Virus record (IMG/VR): IMGVR_UViG_2084038018_000001 | Span: 1 to 64,000 of that record | From: a virus | Length of the DNA stretch: 64,000 nt | Reading direction: 5' to 3' (one strand) | Part shown: piece after piece, positions 42,112-52,042 of the stretch | How positions within the stretch are numbered: position 1 is the first letter of the stretch | Layout: each line of letters starts with the position of its first letter | Translations under genes and position numbers: made by a program | The notes under the pieces: generated by a model | The model's input: only the letters and a program-made list of their open reading frames with translations | What the model was told of the DNA's origin: nothing | Database searches by the model: none

Positions 42112-42617
42112 TGGCCCGCGTTGGCAATACGCAAAACCTTAAGAACCAGGACCGTTACGATCTCCTTCTTTTAGGATTCCCCGACGGTTTCCCTAACTCA
42201 CAGCTGCAGTTCACGGTGGGTGAGAACCCGCGGAAGATCTCCGGGCTGCAGAAGGTGGTTCAGGTCTTAGTCAAGTGCCTGATGACCGGCCAGGGCTCGG
42301 ACCCGATCTATCCGAAGCAGGGGACGAAGTTCACCGAGTACGTATGGTATTCGAACATCACGCAGGACTCTGTGGCTGCCCGTGCAGCGATCACTGCAGC
42401 GATCAAGCAAGCCGGTGACCAAGCGAAGGCGATCCTGAACTCCTATCTGTACTCCGCTGAGTCTCAGCTCGACTCGGTCGAAGTTATTGATGCCGTGCAG
42501 GGTAGCGAATCGACGATCGTGAAGATTCGTGTCCTGACGAAAGCGGGCGTAAGCGCTCCGATTGCACTGCCGTTTAACAGCAACGGTTTAGTCCTTAACG
42601 AGGTAACAAATGGCTGA
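42111..42617 (+). CDS. baseplate wedge protein, gp25/GpW-like
   Basis: VVQVLVKCLMTGQGSDPIYPKQGTKFTEYVW resembles the gp25/W core motif. Immediately precedes a J-like gene. Confidence 0.6.
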   Translation: MARVGNTQNLKNQDRYDLLLLGFPDGFPNSQLQFTVGENPRKISGLQKVVQVLVKCLMTGQGSDPIYPKQGTKFTEYVWYSNITQDSVAARAAITAAIKQAGDQAKAILNSYLYSAESQLDSVEVIDAVQGSESTIVKIRVLTKAGVSAPIALPFNSNGLVLNEVTNG

Positions 42618-44196
42618 TATCTTTTCCGTAATGAGCGAGCTGGAGTTATCCTCTGATGACATCCAGCAAGCCGAAACCTTCGCCCAGCAGTATCTCGAGG
42701 CGAAGTTCCCGACGGTCGACTTCCGTCAGGGTACCGGTGTGCGTGACCTCGTGATCCGCCCGAATGCCGTGATGTTTGCACTCGTGAAGAAGTACATCGA
42801 GATCTACTTCGAGAGCGGTACGCTTGCGTCCGTCACCAATGATACGCCTCAGGAAGTCGTTGACGGTATCCTATCGAACTTCTTCGTGACCCGTAACACC
42901 GGTTCCTTCGCGACCGTGCGTGCACGTCTGTACTTCCTGTTCCAGAACGGGACACCGAGCAACGTCTCTCTGCCGACGTCGGCGTTCTTCTCGACGGACA
43001 ACACCCGTCTGTTCTACCCGTCGTCCCCGATCTTCGCCCAGCCGCTGAAGGACGGCGATACGCCGATCTCCGGGAACGTGTACCTCGCGTACGATTCCTC
43101 TGAGGAACTCTGGTACTTCGACACCGATCTGTCATCCTCTTCTGCTGACGAAGAGTATAACGATCTGACAGAGGGCGATCTGCTGTACTTCACGCTCTTC
43201 AACCCGTACTTCGTGAAGGGGAAAATCCTCTACATGTCGGAGCCGGCGGTGCGTCAAGAGACCAACGTTGAGATGGTTGACCGTTCGTACAACTCAATCT
43301 CCACCCGTAACCTGATCAACGACCCGTCGATCACGTCCCGTATCACCGACGTGTTCAACTACGTGAAGTATCAGAAGGTGGTGGGCATGGGCGATCCGGA
43401 CATGTGGCGTGACTACGTGCAGGTTGAAGGTATCTTCGACGATCCGGCGACTGAGATGGCTCTGAAGTACCGTATCCACCTGGGCGGTTCCGTTGACATC
43501 TATGCCGATACGCCGTTCCGTACGACCATCGTGCAGCTGACGACTGACAGCCAGGGCGTGGTGGAGCTGACTGGGCCGATCTTCGACATCTACCGTTCAG
43601 AGATCTCCGGTGGCGTGAAGGATGATGATATTCCTCTGGATAAGGAAGCGGCGATCTCCTATCCGAACACGACCGTGTACACGAACCACGTGCCACTCGT
43701 GCCTCAGAAGGACTTCGGGCTGTCGGCTAAGCAGATTCTGCGTATCGACTTTGGCCTGCTGTACCCGAACCAGACGGCATCCTTCGTGGTCCGTAAGTTC
43801 ACCGGTCTGGAGGACATTCAGTCGTTCCTGGAAGATCAGCAGAACCGTGTTGTCTGTGCGGACCAGCTGTGCCGTGCATTCGAACCGATCCTGGTCAACG
43901 TCGAAGCAACCGGCTATGAACAAGCGTACACGGCAGATGAAATCTCCGCGGCACGCAAGTCGATTGACGACTACTTTAACCAGACGCCGGTTAATGGTAC
44001 GATCTACGTATCAGAACTTCACCGTTTGATCAGCGAAGCGGGTCTGCAGAACGTCAAGGCACCGATGAAGGTGACTGCCGTGGCTGTCGCTAAGGACCTC
44101 GTAATGGATACGCAGATCGTGACCGATAAGTACACGGCGGCTTCGACCCAGCGTTTCTACCTGGACAAACTAACCATTACACCGGAGCCTAAATGA
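42610..44196 (+). CDS. baseplate J-like protein (putative)
   Basis: 528 aa in the canonical position after the gp25-like gene. Overlaps both neighbours. Confidence 0.5.
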   Translation: MADIFSVMSELELSSDDIQQAETFAQQYLEAKFPTVDFRQGTGVRDLVIRPNAVMFALVKKYIEIYFESGTLASVTNDTPQEVVDGILSNFFVTRNTGSFATVRARLYFLFQNGTPSNVSLPTSAFFSTDNTRLFYPSSPIFAQPLKDGDTPISGNVYLAYDSSEELWYFDTDLSSSSADEEYNDLTEGDLLYFTLFNPYFVKGKILYMSEPAVRQETNVEMVDRSYNSISTRNLINDPSITSRITDVFNYVKYQKVVGMGDPDMWRDYVQVEGIFDDPATEMALKYRIHLGGSVDIYADTPFRTTIVQLTTDSQGVVELTGPIFDIYRSEISGGVKDDDIPLDKEAAISYPNTTVYTNHVPLVPQKDFGLSAKQILRIDFGLLYPNQTASFVVRKFTGLEDIQSFLEDQQNRVVCADQLCRAFEPILVNVEATGYEQAYTADEISAARKSIDDYFNQTPVNGTIYVSELHRLISEAGLQNVKAPMKVTAVAVAKDLVMDTQIVTDKYTAASTQRFYLDKLTITPEPK

Positions 44197-46070
44197 GTAA
44201 TTTCATCTCGGCAGCAGGATTAAAGGGCCTTGGCGAGCGAGCCGAGGTCACCGGACAGATGTCGTATTACTACGGCCTGTCCGATTTCTGGCTGCAGATC
44301 TTCGCTGACAAAGACCTCGTGGATTCGCTCCTCGAGGTTTCCACGCAGACGCTCGGGGACGCCTACGGGCAGTTCCTGCAGCGTGCGGGGAACATCTCCC
44401 TGGACACGATCCAGGAGTCGTATAACTCCCAGCTGAAGCTATACCTGTTCTCGCCTGCGGACGCCCTCGATGGCCTGACCGGGACGATCTACTCCCTTCC
44501 GGAGAAGACGACTCGCATGGACTTCATGATGAACCGTCCGATGCTTCCTTCGATCTCTCTGTCGCACGGTGTGCACTTCGAGATCAACGAAGAGGGTACC
44601 GAGATCTCCTTCTATAAGCCGCTCGCGGAGCTCGGCTTCCCACAGCGTGTGACATCGGATGGCAAGACCCAGTATGCGATCTGGGGTGCGAACGTGTGCG
44701 TGGACGAGAACATCATCTACTCCCAGTTCGGCCGTGCCGTAGGCATGTCTCCGGATCGTACGATTGGGAACTACAAGGACTTCATCCAAGGCCTGTACTT
44801 CCTGTACTCTCACGGTCCCGTGATCAACTACCTCCAGGCGGGCGTGAACCTCGCCATCGGGGTACCGACCGTGCGTGCGAACGAGAAGGTCATGAGCGTC
44901 CTGCAGAACCCGATCAACGGGCACTGGGAGATCTTGACGGCGACGAACTTCTACGACATCCCCTATGGCTTCCAGCCGGATATCGCCGAGGGTGATGAGC
45001 TAACGGAAGGGATGCAGCTCGTCAACTGGATTGACGTGCGGGACTATCAGAAGAACGGTGAGTGGTGGTACAATACCTTCATCCCTGGGGAATTAACCGG
45101 GGGTGTACAGTACCCGCCTGTCAAAGAGAACACTGACATGGCGTACATCATGCGTAACTACCTGAAGTACAACACGTTCATGGTCCTGTTCCAGCAGTCT
45201 GGAATCGATCTGAAGGGATATTACGCGGTATCCGACGTCATCTGGCGTGCCCGCCCGTCTCACACCTTCCCAGTGTTCGTGTGGAAAGGGGCTTTGGGTG
45301 ACGAAATCATTAACATCACCGATGATGACCTGGAGATGGGTCAGTTGGTGCAGGTTGAGGATCACATCTATGACACTCGCATCATCGATTTCACCCGAGA
45401 CGATCGTAACACCTACTTCTCCCGTGGAACCAACTACTACAACCGCTTCCAGATCCCCGTATACCACCAGGGGATGGTCGGAGATGCTCCGAAGCTTGGA
45501 GAGTTCCGAGGTACGAACGCTGATGGCCGTGCACTCTCCGGCATCGGAGGTTGGGTGCAGGAGGCTGGCGAAACCGTTGAGCAAGATGTCTATCGTGTCG
45601 ACCCCGTCTTTAAATCGAGAGGAGCAATGGCTGTACCTCGTGGACGCTCTACAGGTATTAGGTCTTACCGCGGGTCCGAAGTCTTCACGACCGAGACCTT
45701 GGTCCGAACTTACGCAAACCCAGCGGGAGATACATTCGACGCCGACACCCGTGATATTACCCCTCTCTACCTGATCTATGCGGATGATCTGAAGGCGAAA
45801 CTGGCTAAAATCAATCAGCAAGCAGCGGCAGACATGGTGGTCTATCAGGCCCATCCGTTCTACATCGACGTAGCGGATTTGGCGGCAGCGTATGATGACA
45901 TCATCGTGCGTACCCCGGGGACGACGGCGGATAACTACGACCCGGCACTCGAGAAGGTCTTCACCTTCAAGTATACCGACGAGTACACGCCACCGATCCT
46001 GTCGAAGCACGCTGCTCAGATGTATGTACCTAAAAAGAGGACCTGCCGGTTAGCGGTAAGCTTCTTTTAG
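44193..46070 (+). CDS. baseplate/tail-fibre module protein, zero-frame product (625 aa)
   Basis: Follows the J-like gene with an ATGA overlap. The zero frame ends 11 codons after an AAA_AAG site. Confidence 0.6.
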   Translation: MSNFISAAGLKGLGERAEVTGQMSYYYGLSDFWLQIFADKDLVDSLLEVSTQTLGDAYGQFLQRAGNISLDTIQESYNSQLKLYLFSPADALDGLTGTIYSLPEKTTRMDFMMNRPMLPSISLSHGVHFEINEEGTEISFYKPLAELGFPQRVTSDGKTQYAIWGANVCVDENIIYSQFGRAVGMSPDRTIGNYKDFIQGLYFLYSHGPVINYLQAGVNLAIGVPTVRANEKVMSVLQNPINGHWEILTATNFYDIPYGFQPDIAEGDELTEGMQLVNWIDVRDYQKNGEWWYNTFIPGELTGGVQYPPVKENTDMAYIMRNYLKYNTFMVLFQQSGIDLKGYYAVSDVIWRARPSHTFPVFVWKGALGDEIINITDDDLEMGQLVQVEDHIYDTRIIDFTRDDRNTYFSRGTNYYNRFQIPVYHQGMVGDAPKLGEFRGTNADGRALSGIGGWVQEAGETVEQDVYRVDPVFKSRGAMAVPRGRSTGIRSYRGSEVFTTETLVRTYANPAGDTFDADTRDITPLYLIYADDLKAKLAKINQQAAADMVVYQAHPFYIDVADLAAAYDDIIVRTPGTTADNYDPALEKVFTFKYTDEYTPPILSKHAAQMYVPKKRTCRLAVSFF

Positions 46071-46363
46071 CCGAAATTTATCAGGATAACTGGTCTGTCT
46101 CCCTGATCAATGAAGCCGCGACCATCGCACCGACGTACTTCCCGGTAAACGACGGGGATCCAATCGAGATGACCATGGTCTTCGAAGAGCGTCCAGGCTC
46201 CTCACCGATCACTCGCTCGACCTACCTCGCGAACCCAGCGATCGTAGATGCTCGTAGCGTACAGGACGGTCATTACAACGATGGTCGCGGCGGGGCCAAC
46301 CTTAACTTCAACCGTGGTGGTAACTTCGGTGGCGAAGTCAGAGCAATCATCCGGAGGGATTAA
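44193..46363 (+). CDS. same gene, -1 shifted long form (about 723 aa), or an uncorrected indel
   Basis: After CCU_AAA_AAG (46029-46037) the -1 frame stays open to 46363 with protein-like sequence (..KK|EDLPVSGKLLLAEIYQDNWSVSLINEAATIAPTYFPVNDGDPIEMTMVFEE..). It has no ATG/GTG/TTG before 46169 and ends in a TAATG junction with the next gene. Confidence 0.45.
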
Positions 46364-46857
46364 TGAAACTGAGTGACAAGAAAGACGTACTGGACGGGTT
46401 CCTGATCGTCGACCGAGTGTGGAATGACGGGCGCCGCGAGCGCCTCGTCGAGGAGAAGAACCTCATCGTCCGTGCGGCGAAGCGTGAGCACCTGAGTTTC
46501 CTCTATGATGCGAACGCTCGTCCTAACCTGATCGACTCCTTCAAGATCGGGAACGGTGGAACGTACGATACGCTGGGCCGTAAGCCGAAGCGTCCAGATC
46601 CGACAATGAACGATCTGTACTCTCCGATCACCACGTATAACCGTAACCTGAGCATCATTCCGTCGGCCATCACCGACCCTCAGGACTACATCACGGTCGA
46701 CTTCGTGCTCGGTCCCGATGAGGCGAACGGTGAGAACATCTCCGAAGTGGGGCTGTTCAAGCAGTCAGGCGACATGTTCAACATCAAGACGTTCCGCTCA
46801 GTGCCGAAGGTAGACTCCTTCTCACTGCAGTTCTGGTGGAGAATTCTGTATGCCTAA
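46363..46857 (+). CDS. hypothetical tail-module protein (164 aa)
   Basis: Coupled ORF. No motif recognised. Confidence 0.6.
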   Translation: MKLSDKKDVLDGFLIVDRVWNDGRRERLVEEKNLIVRAAKREHLSFLYDANARPNLIDSFKIGNGGTYDTLGRKPKRPDPTMNDLYSPITTYNRNLSIIPSAITDPQDYITVDFVLGPDEANGENISEVGLFKQSGDMFNIKTFRSVPKVDSFSLQFWWRILYA

Positions 46858-47212
46858 TACGCTCGTCATCTCGACACGCTTTCGTGCAGGGAAGTACGAG
46901 GTGCTAGGAACGGTCAAGGAGGGGAGTGATCTCCCCGCCGAGATCTTCATTTATGAAAAGGACGACAAGGGAGGCCTGGCAGACTACGTCGGGATCGCTC
47001 TTCCTAAGGATATGGCCAAGCTGAAGGTCTATAACCCGGACAAGAAGACTAACTTCGGGTCCCGTTACTGCCTGTATCACGAGGGTCTGGCGAAGGTGAA
47101 CTCACCGAACGATCAGATCAACGCGGCCAATCACATGAAAGAAACGTTCAAGATGCTGGTCGATCAGTTCTCTGCGGATTCTGCAGACGAGGTCGAGGAA
47201 TATGAACTTTGA
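46850..47212 (+). CDS. hypothetical protein (120 aa)
   Basis: Overlaps both neighbours. Confidence 0.6.
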   Translation: MPNTLVISTRFRAGKYEVLGTVKEGSDLPAEIFIYEKDDKGGLADYVGIALPKDMAKLKVYNPDKKTNFGSRYCLYHEGLAKVNSPNDQINAANHMKETFKMLVDQFSADSADEVEEYEL

Positions 47213-47705
47213 TTGGAAGACGTTCGTAATCCGCATCGCTCCGACGCTGGGCTCTGTACTGCAGGGCCCGCTCTCGGGGGTCGCGGTAGCGTTCTTAGCC
47301 GGTAAGCTACTCGAAGGACCGGTGGATGACACCGATGCTGCACTGAATGAGGTCCTGGGCGCTCAGACGCCCGAGATTCTCGCTAAGGTGATTGCACTGG
47401 ATGGAGAGTTCAAGGCATCTCTCGGCGCCCTGAACATCGATGAGTCTATCCTGCGTGACGTGGCGAACGCCCGTGAACGTGAGATGACACTGAGAGACCA
47501 TACTCCTGCAGTCCTCGCGGCGGCGGTGACGATCGGTCTCTTCAGCATCATCTACCTGTTGATCTTCGTGGCCATCCCGGCAGACAGCATCAACATCGTC
47601 AACATCATGCTCGGATCCCTGAGCACGGCTTGGATGACGGTCATCGGCTACTACTTCGGTTCAGTCAAGACACCGACGGTAGTGCCGGCTAAAGTTAAGA
47701 AGTAA
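47202..47705 (+). CDS. membrane protein, possible holin (3-TM GTA-holin-like)
   Basis: Last gene of the rightward block. DVANAREREMTLRDHTP followed by hydrophobic helices AVLAAAVTIGLFSIIYLLIFVAI and IMLGSLSTAWMTVIGYYFG. Confidence 0.4.
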   Translation: MNFDWKTFVIRIAPTLGSVLQGPLSGVAVAFLAGKLLEGPVDDTDAALNEVLGAQTPEILAKVIALDGEFKASLGALNIDESILRDVANAREREMTLRDHTPAVLAAAVTIGLFSIIYLLIFVAIPADSINIVNIMLGSLSTAWMTVIGYYFGSVKTPTVVPAKVKK

Positions 47706-48219
47706 TCCATGGAAGCCGTCTGATGGCGGCTGTCCAGATCTCATCCTCATAGAACCCCAGGTTATTTCCCCAGAATCCCAGAAGCCATGCTAAGTCCACC
47801 GGTGAGAAAGTCGTGGCGAGCAGTGCCTCTTCGACGTTCATCGCGAACACTTCGACGTGAAGCTTGCTGAGCTCTTCAGGTTTTTCTTCATATTCTTCAG
47901 GGAGAATCGGTTTGGTGCGGTGGAGGGTGACGACATCGTAGTCTACGGTAGCCCAGAAGTGGGTCTTAAAGTGTAGGAACTCGGCGGTAATGATGGAGTG
48001 GTCTTGATGTTCGAAGTACTGGACGTTCAGGGGTTGGATACAGGATTGAATTCTGGCTAAAAAATTCTGATACATCTGGCCGCGATCCGGATTATCCGAA
48101 ATCTCGAACATGATGGGTGCGTCATCACGCCAATACAGGTCGATGGAATCGGCAGGATACGTAGAGCTTTCGAACAATTTGACGCCCGCGAGGGGCGTCC
48201 GGTTAGTGATATTAAGCAT
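47695..48219 (-). CDS. hypothetical protein (174 aa)
   Basis: Start moved to ATG 48219, overlapping the kinase stop by 8 nt. The longer track ORF would lie inside the kinase gene. Confidence 0.6.
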   Translation of the reverse strand: MLNITNRTPLAGVKLFESSTYPADSIDLYWRDDAPIMFEISDNPDRGQMYQNFLARIQSCIQPLNVQYFEHQDHSIITAEFLHFKTHFWATVDYDVVTLHRTKPILPEEYEEKPEELSKLHVEVFAMNVEEALLATTFSPVDLAWLLGFWGNNLGFYEDEIWTAAIRRLPWITS

Positions 48220-48805
48220 AGAGCCTCGGGAGGATTTTGTCATCCGCCCATTTCTCGACTGCACATTGAAGGTCTCCCAGTGTCCCGTTGTTAAGGATGA
48301 TCGCATCGAACTTGTCATCGGGTTGGGGTTTTTCGGAAATGTGGGCCGGCGCCTGAGCGGATACATTAGGGTTAAAGACCTTAACTGTCGCATGCGACCA
48401 GCCGTGGGTTGTCGGCAGGAGCTTCACGAAGTCGATCTCATTGTCGAAACGCATGTCCGGGATCGCGATGACGTCAGCCTCGGATTTCGCTGCACTTCGG
48501 GCGAAAAAGTCGGTCCAGATTCTCTGACTAAAAACGTCACGGAAGGCTTCCGTACCCATTTTCTGTTGAACCTGGCGAGAAGTCAGGCCGTAGGCGTGTT
48601 CCATGACGCGTTTCTTACCGGCAGACGTGTTCACGTCCTCTTCGGTCATGTCAAAGACATACTTACAGAGTTCCTTGATCGGCTTGGCGAAGGCGATGAT
48701 GTCGCACGAGTACCCGCAGATCTTCAGGTAGTTCTGTAAGAAGGCAGCGCTGGTATCCTTGCCATGCTGGGCAAGGCCGTTAATTCCTACGATTAGTTTG
48801 GTCAT
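48212..48805 (-). CDS. deoxynucleoside monophosphate kinase (phage dNMP kinase family)
   Basis: P-loop GINGLAQHGKDT. Also QQKMGTEAFRD and IPDMRFDNE, as in T5-type dNMP kinases. Confidence 0.7.
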   Translation of the reverse strand: MTKLIVGINGLAQHGKDTSAAFLQNYLKICGYSCDIIAFAKPIKELCKYVFDMTEEDVNTSAGKKRVMEHAYGLTSRQVQQKMGTEAFRDVFSQRIWTDFFARSAAKSEADVIAIPDMRFDNEIDFVKLLPTTHGWSHATVKVFNPNVSAQAPAHISEKPQPDDKFDAIILNNGTLGDLQCAVEKWADDKILPRLYA

Positions 48806-48832
48806 ATGAGACTCCTCTTAAGGGCATTTTAG

Positions 48833-48863
48833 GGGTAAAAAGCAGGAGAGTCAATCTCCCGCT
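48833..48863 (-). terminator. rho-independent terminator
   Basis: On the minus strand, AGCGGGAGA-TTGAC-TCTCCTGCT followed by TTTTACCCC. Confidence 0.55.
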
Positions 48864-48876
48864 TTTCGCTTACCGA

Positions 48877-49233
48877 TCAACCGATCTTGATCCGGAAGCC
48901 TGTATTTTGTTGATTCTTCACTGGTTTGTCCTGCGAGAGCATCCCAGTTAATTCTTTCTGCTCGCGATCACTGAGCGGCATACCTGTCGATGAGCGGGAT
49001 AATTCATCCCCGACGTCAGCCATAGAGACTGTCGACACGTCATCAAACTTGTCGAGGTTGGCACCCATGTCTTTCAGGATGTCCTCGAGATCCTTACGTT
49101 TACAGCGGAACTTCAGTTCGTTGGTCAGTTTATCATGGCGAAGATTATATTCATAGATTGCGTCTTCACCCCAACCTTTGATTCGGGTCCCCTCGACTAC
49201 CCGGAGTTCGAGGGTTACAGTTGATTTACTCAT
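48877..49233 (-). CDS. hypothetical protein (118 aa)
   Basis: Overlaps the upstream gene by 8 nt. Confidence 0.6.
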   Translation of the reverse strand: MSKSTVTLELRVVEGTRIKGWGEDAIYEYNLRHDKLTNELKFRCKRKDLEDILKDMGANLDKFDDVSTVSMADVGDELSRSSTGMPLSDREQKELTGMLSQDKPVKNQQNTGFRIKIG

Positions 49234-49783
49234 CGTTTTCGTCCGCTAAGAGCACTGAGGAAATGTTTACCCGGGAGGTATCGTCATTCAGGATAGAGGA
49301 ACGGTAAGTACCGCTTAATCCACCCGTCCGTAGGGGATTGCGATATTCAACCGTCGGTTCTTTATCAAGCGGGTCATCTTTACGATAGCCCGGGAACGAA
49401 CTCTCACGACGCGACTCAAGGTATGCCACGCCACCGGATTTCTTTTCGGCTTCTTTACGGTCTTTCTTCAGGTTAACGATGTAAGCATCTTCCGCATCTT
49501 TGATGTGTTCGCTGATCGTGATGAGCATCTTGGGAGAGAATGCTTCACGAACCGCTTCTTCATCAGTATCGGAAGGTTTACGACGGGACGCCGGGAAGAT
49601 TGACCAAACTAAGCCAGAAACGAGAGACACAAGAAGAGTGAACTTGATGATTTTTCCAAGATCACGATCGAGTTTTAGATCCTCGAGAACTTTATATGAT
49701 GCTAAACCAACTATCGGTGCAGTCCCGACAGCTGCAAGACAACCGTTCTGGAACCGGTTGTTCAAGACTTCTTTGTTAAACAT
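49226..49783 (-). CDS. hypothetical membrane protein (185 aa)
   Basis: AAGGAG SD. TM-like segments CLAAVGTAPIVGLASY and FTLLVSLVSGLVWSIF. Confidence 0.6.
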   Translation of the reverse strand: MFNKEVLNNRFQNGCLAAVGTAPIVGLASYKVLEDLKLDRDLGKIIKFTLLVSLVSGLVWSIFPASRRKPSDTDEEAVREAFSPKMLITISEHIKDAEDAYIVNLKKDRKEAEKKSGGVAYLESRRESSFPGYRKDDPLDKEPTVEYRNPLRTGGLSGTYRSSILNDDTSRVNISSVLLADENDE

Positions 49784-49809
49784 AACATCTCCTTTATCTC
49801 TACACTGTT

Positions 49810-49818
49810 CTTATACCG
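49810..49818 (-). promoter_or_regulatory. -10-like box CGGTATAAG (minus strand)
   Basis: 26 nt upstream of the ATG at 49783. Confidence 0.4.
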
Positions 49819-49847
49819 GAAAACGGTCCTTCCCTGGACCGAAGCGG

Positions 49848-51044
49848 TTACAGGGAAAGATCGGAGAGTGCGTCCATACCGCCGACGTCGAGGCCAGCAG
49901 TAATGTAGGAAGACACTTCGACTTCCTGTGGCGCTACCTGGACGTTATCCGTATTGGTGTACGTATTCATCCAAGGCATTGGGTTCTTCTTGATGCCATA
50001 AACTGGCGGAAGATCTAGCAGGCCGAGGTTCAGGTCAACGATGTACTGAATGTACCGTGTGATCACTTCGACGTTAATGCCCGGCATCGCACCGTCTTTG
50101 AAGAGGTACTTCGCCCACTCGATTTCCTGCTGAGCGGCCGTGATGAAGAGCTCCGGAATACGCTTCTTCTGTTCACGAGCGATCTTCGCCCATTCCTGAC
50201 CTTCGGCACCGGACGCTAAGGTATTCAGCATCCAGGTCGTCGAGGTCTTGTGCAGGGATTCATCACGCAGGATGAACTGAATCACCTTCGCGTTACCCTC
50301 CATCAGGCGACGTTCTTTGAACGCGAACGAGCAGGCGAACGACACGTAGAAGCGGATCGCTTCCAGCACGTTGATGTCGGCCAGCAGGTAGTACGCATCG
50401 GCCATCATCTGAGGCATAGACACGTTGATATTGCCTACCGGGCGGATTTCAGTAGCACCTTCAGGAAGGTTCGCGAGGATCTGCTCTACCTTCGTCGCCG
50501 GACGATGGACGGTGAAATCGCCCTCGCCGAACAGTGACCACATGTCGACCGTACGGATGAAGCGATCGTAGTTACCGGTCAGGTCCAGAGTACGGGCAGA
50601 GATGTTATCGTTGAACACGATGTCATCGAAGATCTCGCCCGGGTGAGCGTACAGGTTACGGATGATGTGGGTGTAAGAGCGAGAGTGGATACCCTCGAAG
50701 AATTCCCACGCCTTGAACCACGACTCCATTTCCGGAAGGGTGATGATCTTGCCGTATGCCTGAGACAGGCCACGGCCCTGGATAGAATCCAGCAACGTCT
50801 GATACTTCAGGTTAGACGTGAAGATGTGCTTCTCATGAAGCGGCATACCTTGGAAGTCGATACGGTCCTTAGACAGGTCGACCTCTTCAGGACGCCAGAA
50901 GAAGCCCAGCTCTTTCTGCGTGAAGTGCTCATCCACGTGCGGGTACTTCATGATGTCGTAGCGAGCGACGTTCAGACCATGCCCGAAGAACATCGGCTCG
51001 GTCAGGTGGTTAACGTCCTTCTGGACGAAGGTGGAGTAACTCAC
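49848..51044 (-). CDS. nrdB: ribonucleotide reductase class Ia beta subunit
   Basis: Di-iron ligand motifs FEGIHSRSYTHI and RDESLHKT. GTG start with GAAGGAGG SD. 398 aa. Confidence 0.9.
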   Translation of the reverse strand: MSYSTFVQKDVNHLTEPMFFGHGLNVARYDIMKYPHVDEHFTQKELGFFWRPEEVDLSKDRIDFQGMPLHEKHIFTSNLKYQTLLDSIQGRGLSQAYGKIITLPEMESWFKAWEFFEGIHSRSYTHIIRNLYAHPGEIFDDIVFNDNISARTLDLTGNYDRFIRTVDMWSLFGEGDFTVHRPATKVEQILANLPEGATEIRPVGNINVSMPQMMADAYYLLADINVLEAIRFYVSFACSFAFKERRLMEGNAKVIQFILRDESLHKTSTTWMLNTLASGAEGQEWAKIAREQKKRIPELFITAAQQEIEWAKYLFKDGAMPGINVEVITRYIQYIVDLNLGLLDLPPVYGIKKNPMPWMNTYTNTDNVQVAPQEVEVSSYITAGLDVGGMDALSDLSL

Positions 51045-51105
51045 AGGTCTGCCTCCTTCACGAACACACCGTCAACCATGCGGCCTTTGCGATCTTTGTT
51101 CAGGT

Positions 51106-51732
51106 TCATTTCCACTCCGGGAGATAGTCAGGTTTGATGAGGTTTTTCTTCGCGTCTTTACGCTTCTTGTTCAGCTTGGTGTAATCCTTCGACTCTTCGG
51201 TCAGAGTCAGGGAACCTTGCTGAAGCGCCACGAGAAACTTGAGGACGATTGCTGACAGTGCTGCCATGTGGGTTTTACCCAACTCATCCAGCTCAGCTTC
51301 AGAGGCCAGAGGGTGAGTATTGCGGGCCTGTACTTTCATTTCAGTGAGATCGCCCAGGTTGGAGATCATGAAGTGTTTGTCGTACGGCCACATCTTGTGG
51401 ACTTCGTTGTTGTTGGAATACGGATAGCAATGGATCTGATCCACTTCCTGCATCGGGACCACGAGAATACCGATGATGAAACGGCCTTCGTCGTCACGCT
51501 TACCGTCGAACTGCAGGAACGTAGGTCCGAGTTCACGGGCATCTTTGATCGACAGGGTATTGCCTTCGGCCGGCAGGGCCCGCAGGCGGGCGATATCGTC
51601 CTGGTCCAGAGGTACGGCCTTACACTTATCCAGCGTGTTCAACATCAGACCGGCACGGGTCAGATGGACTTTATCCATGTACGGATAGGAGGCGGCGTCG
51701 TCCTGGACTTCATGGACTTTGTTAAATGGCAT
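51106..51732 (-). CDS. hypothetical protein (208 aa) between nrdA and nrdB
   Basis: ORF overlapping the upstream gene by 11 nt. No motif recognised. Confidence 0.6.
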   Translation of the reverse strand: MPFNKVHEVQDDAASYPYMDKVHLTRAGLMLNTLDKCKAVPLDQDDIARLRALPAEGNTLSIKDARELGPTFLQFDGKRDDEGRFIIGILVVPMQEVDQIHCYPYSNNNEVHKMWPYDKHFMISNLGDLTEMKVQARNTHPLASEAELDELGKTHMAALSAIVLKFLVALQQGSLTLTEESKDYTKLNKKRKDAKKNLIKPDYLPEWK

Positions 51733-52009
51733 ATGAGATTCCTCGTTTATAGCTCACCACGGCGAGAGCCGGGTTGTTGAAATTGACGCTACATTTTCCA
51801 GTCTGTGCGTTGCGGAAGTGGCAGTATACATCATCTCCCGCTGCCGAGACTACCAGAATTGTCTCTGGGTCGACGATCACTTCAATCTTCTCGTCAGAGA
51901 CAGATTTGTAGCGAGGCTCTTTCGTCGTGTTCTTGATGCGGAAGTAAATTCTTGCCGCATGCCTAATATGGATCAGGTCTTCTTGTTCACTAAATTCAAA
52001 CTTACGCAC
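51722..52009 (-). CDS. hypothetical protein (95 aa) between nrdA and nrdB
   Basis: ORF downstream of a GGGGCC-TTCG-GGCCCC hairpin (52016-52031). Confidence 0.55.
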   Translation of the reverse strand: MRKFEFSEQEDLIHIRHAARIYFRIKNTTKEPRYKSVSDEKIEVIVDPETILVVSAAGDDVYCHFRNAQTGKCSVNFNNPALAVVSYKRGISYAI

Positions 52010-52042
52010 AGATGCTCCAAGGGGCCCGAAGGCCCCGAGTTG

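Noticed and set aside
45093-46010. 305-aa minus-strand ORF. Similar antisense ORFs occur at 3377-3862, 7886-8659, 13051-13473, 15652-16287, 26302-26940, 27092-27724 and 35791-36258.
   Set aside because: All are embedded antisense in long, tightly coupled sense genes. They lack SD sequences and have Arg-rich, low-complexity translations, so I treated them as non-coding shadows.
46169-46363. 64-aa ORF as an independent gene
   Set aside because: There is no SD. The same frame is open for a further 135 nt upstream with protein-like sequence, back to the AAA_AAG site in the 625-aa gene. It is more likely the C-terminal extension of that gene (frameshift or indel).
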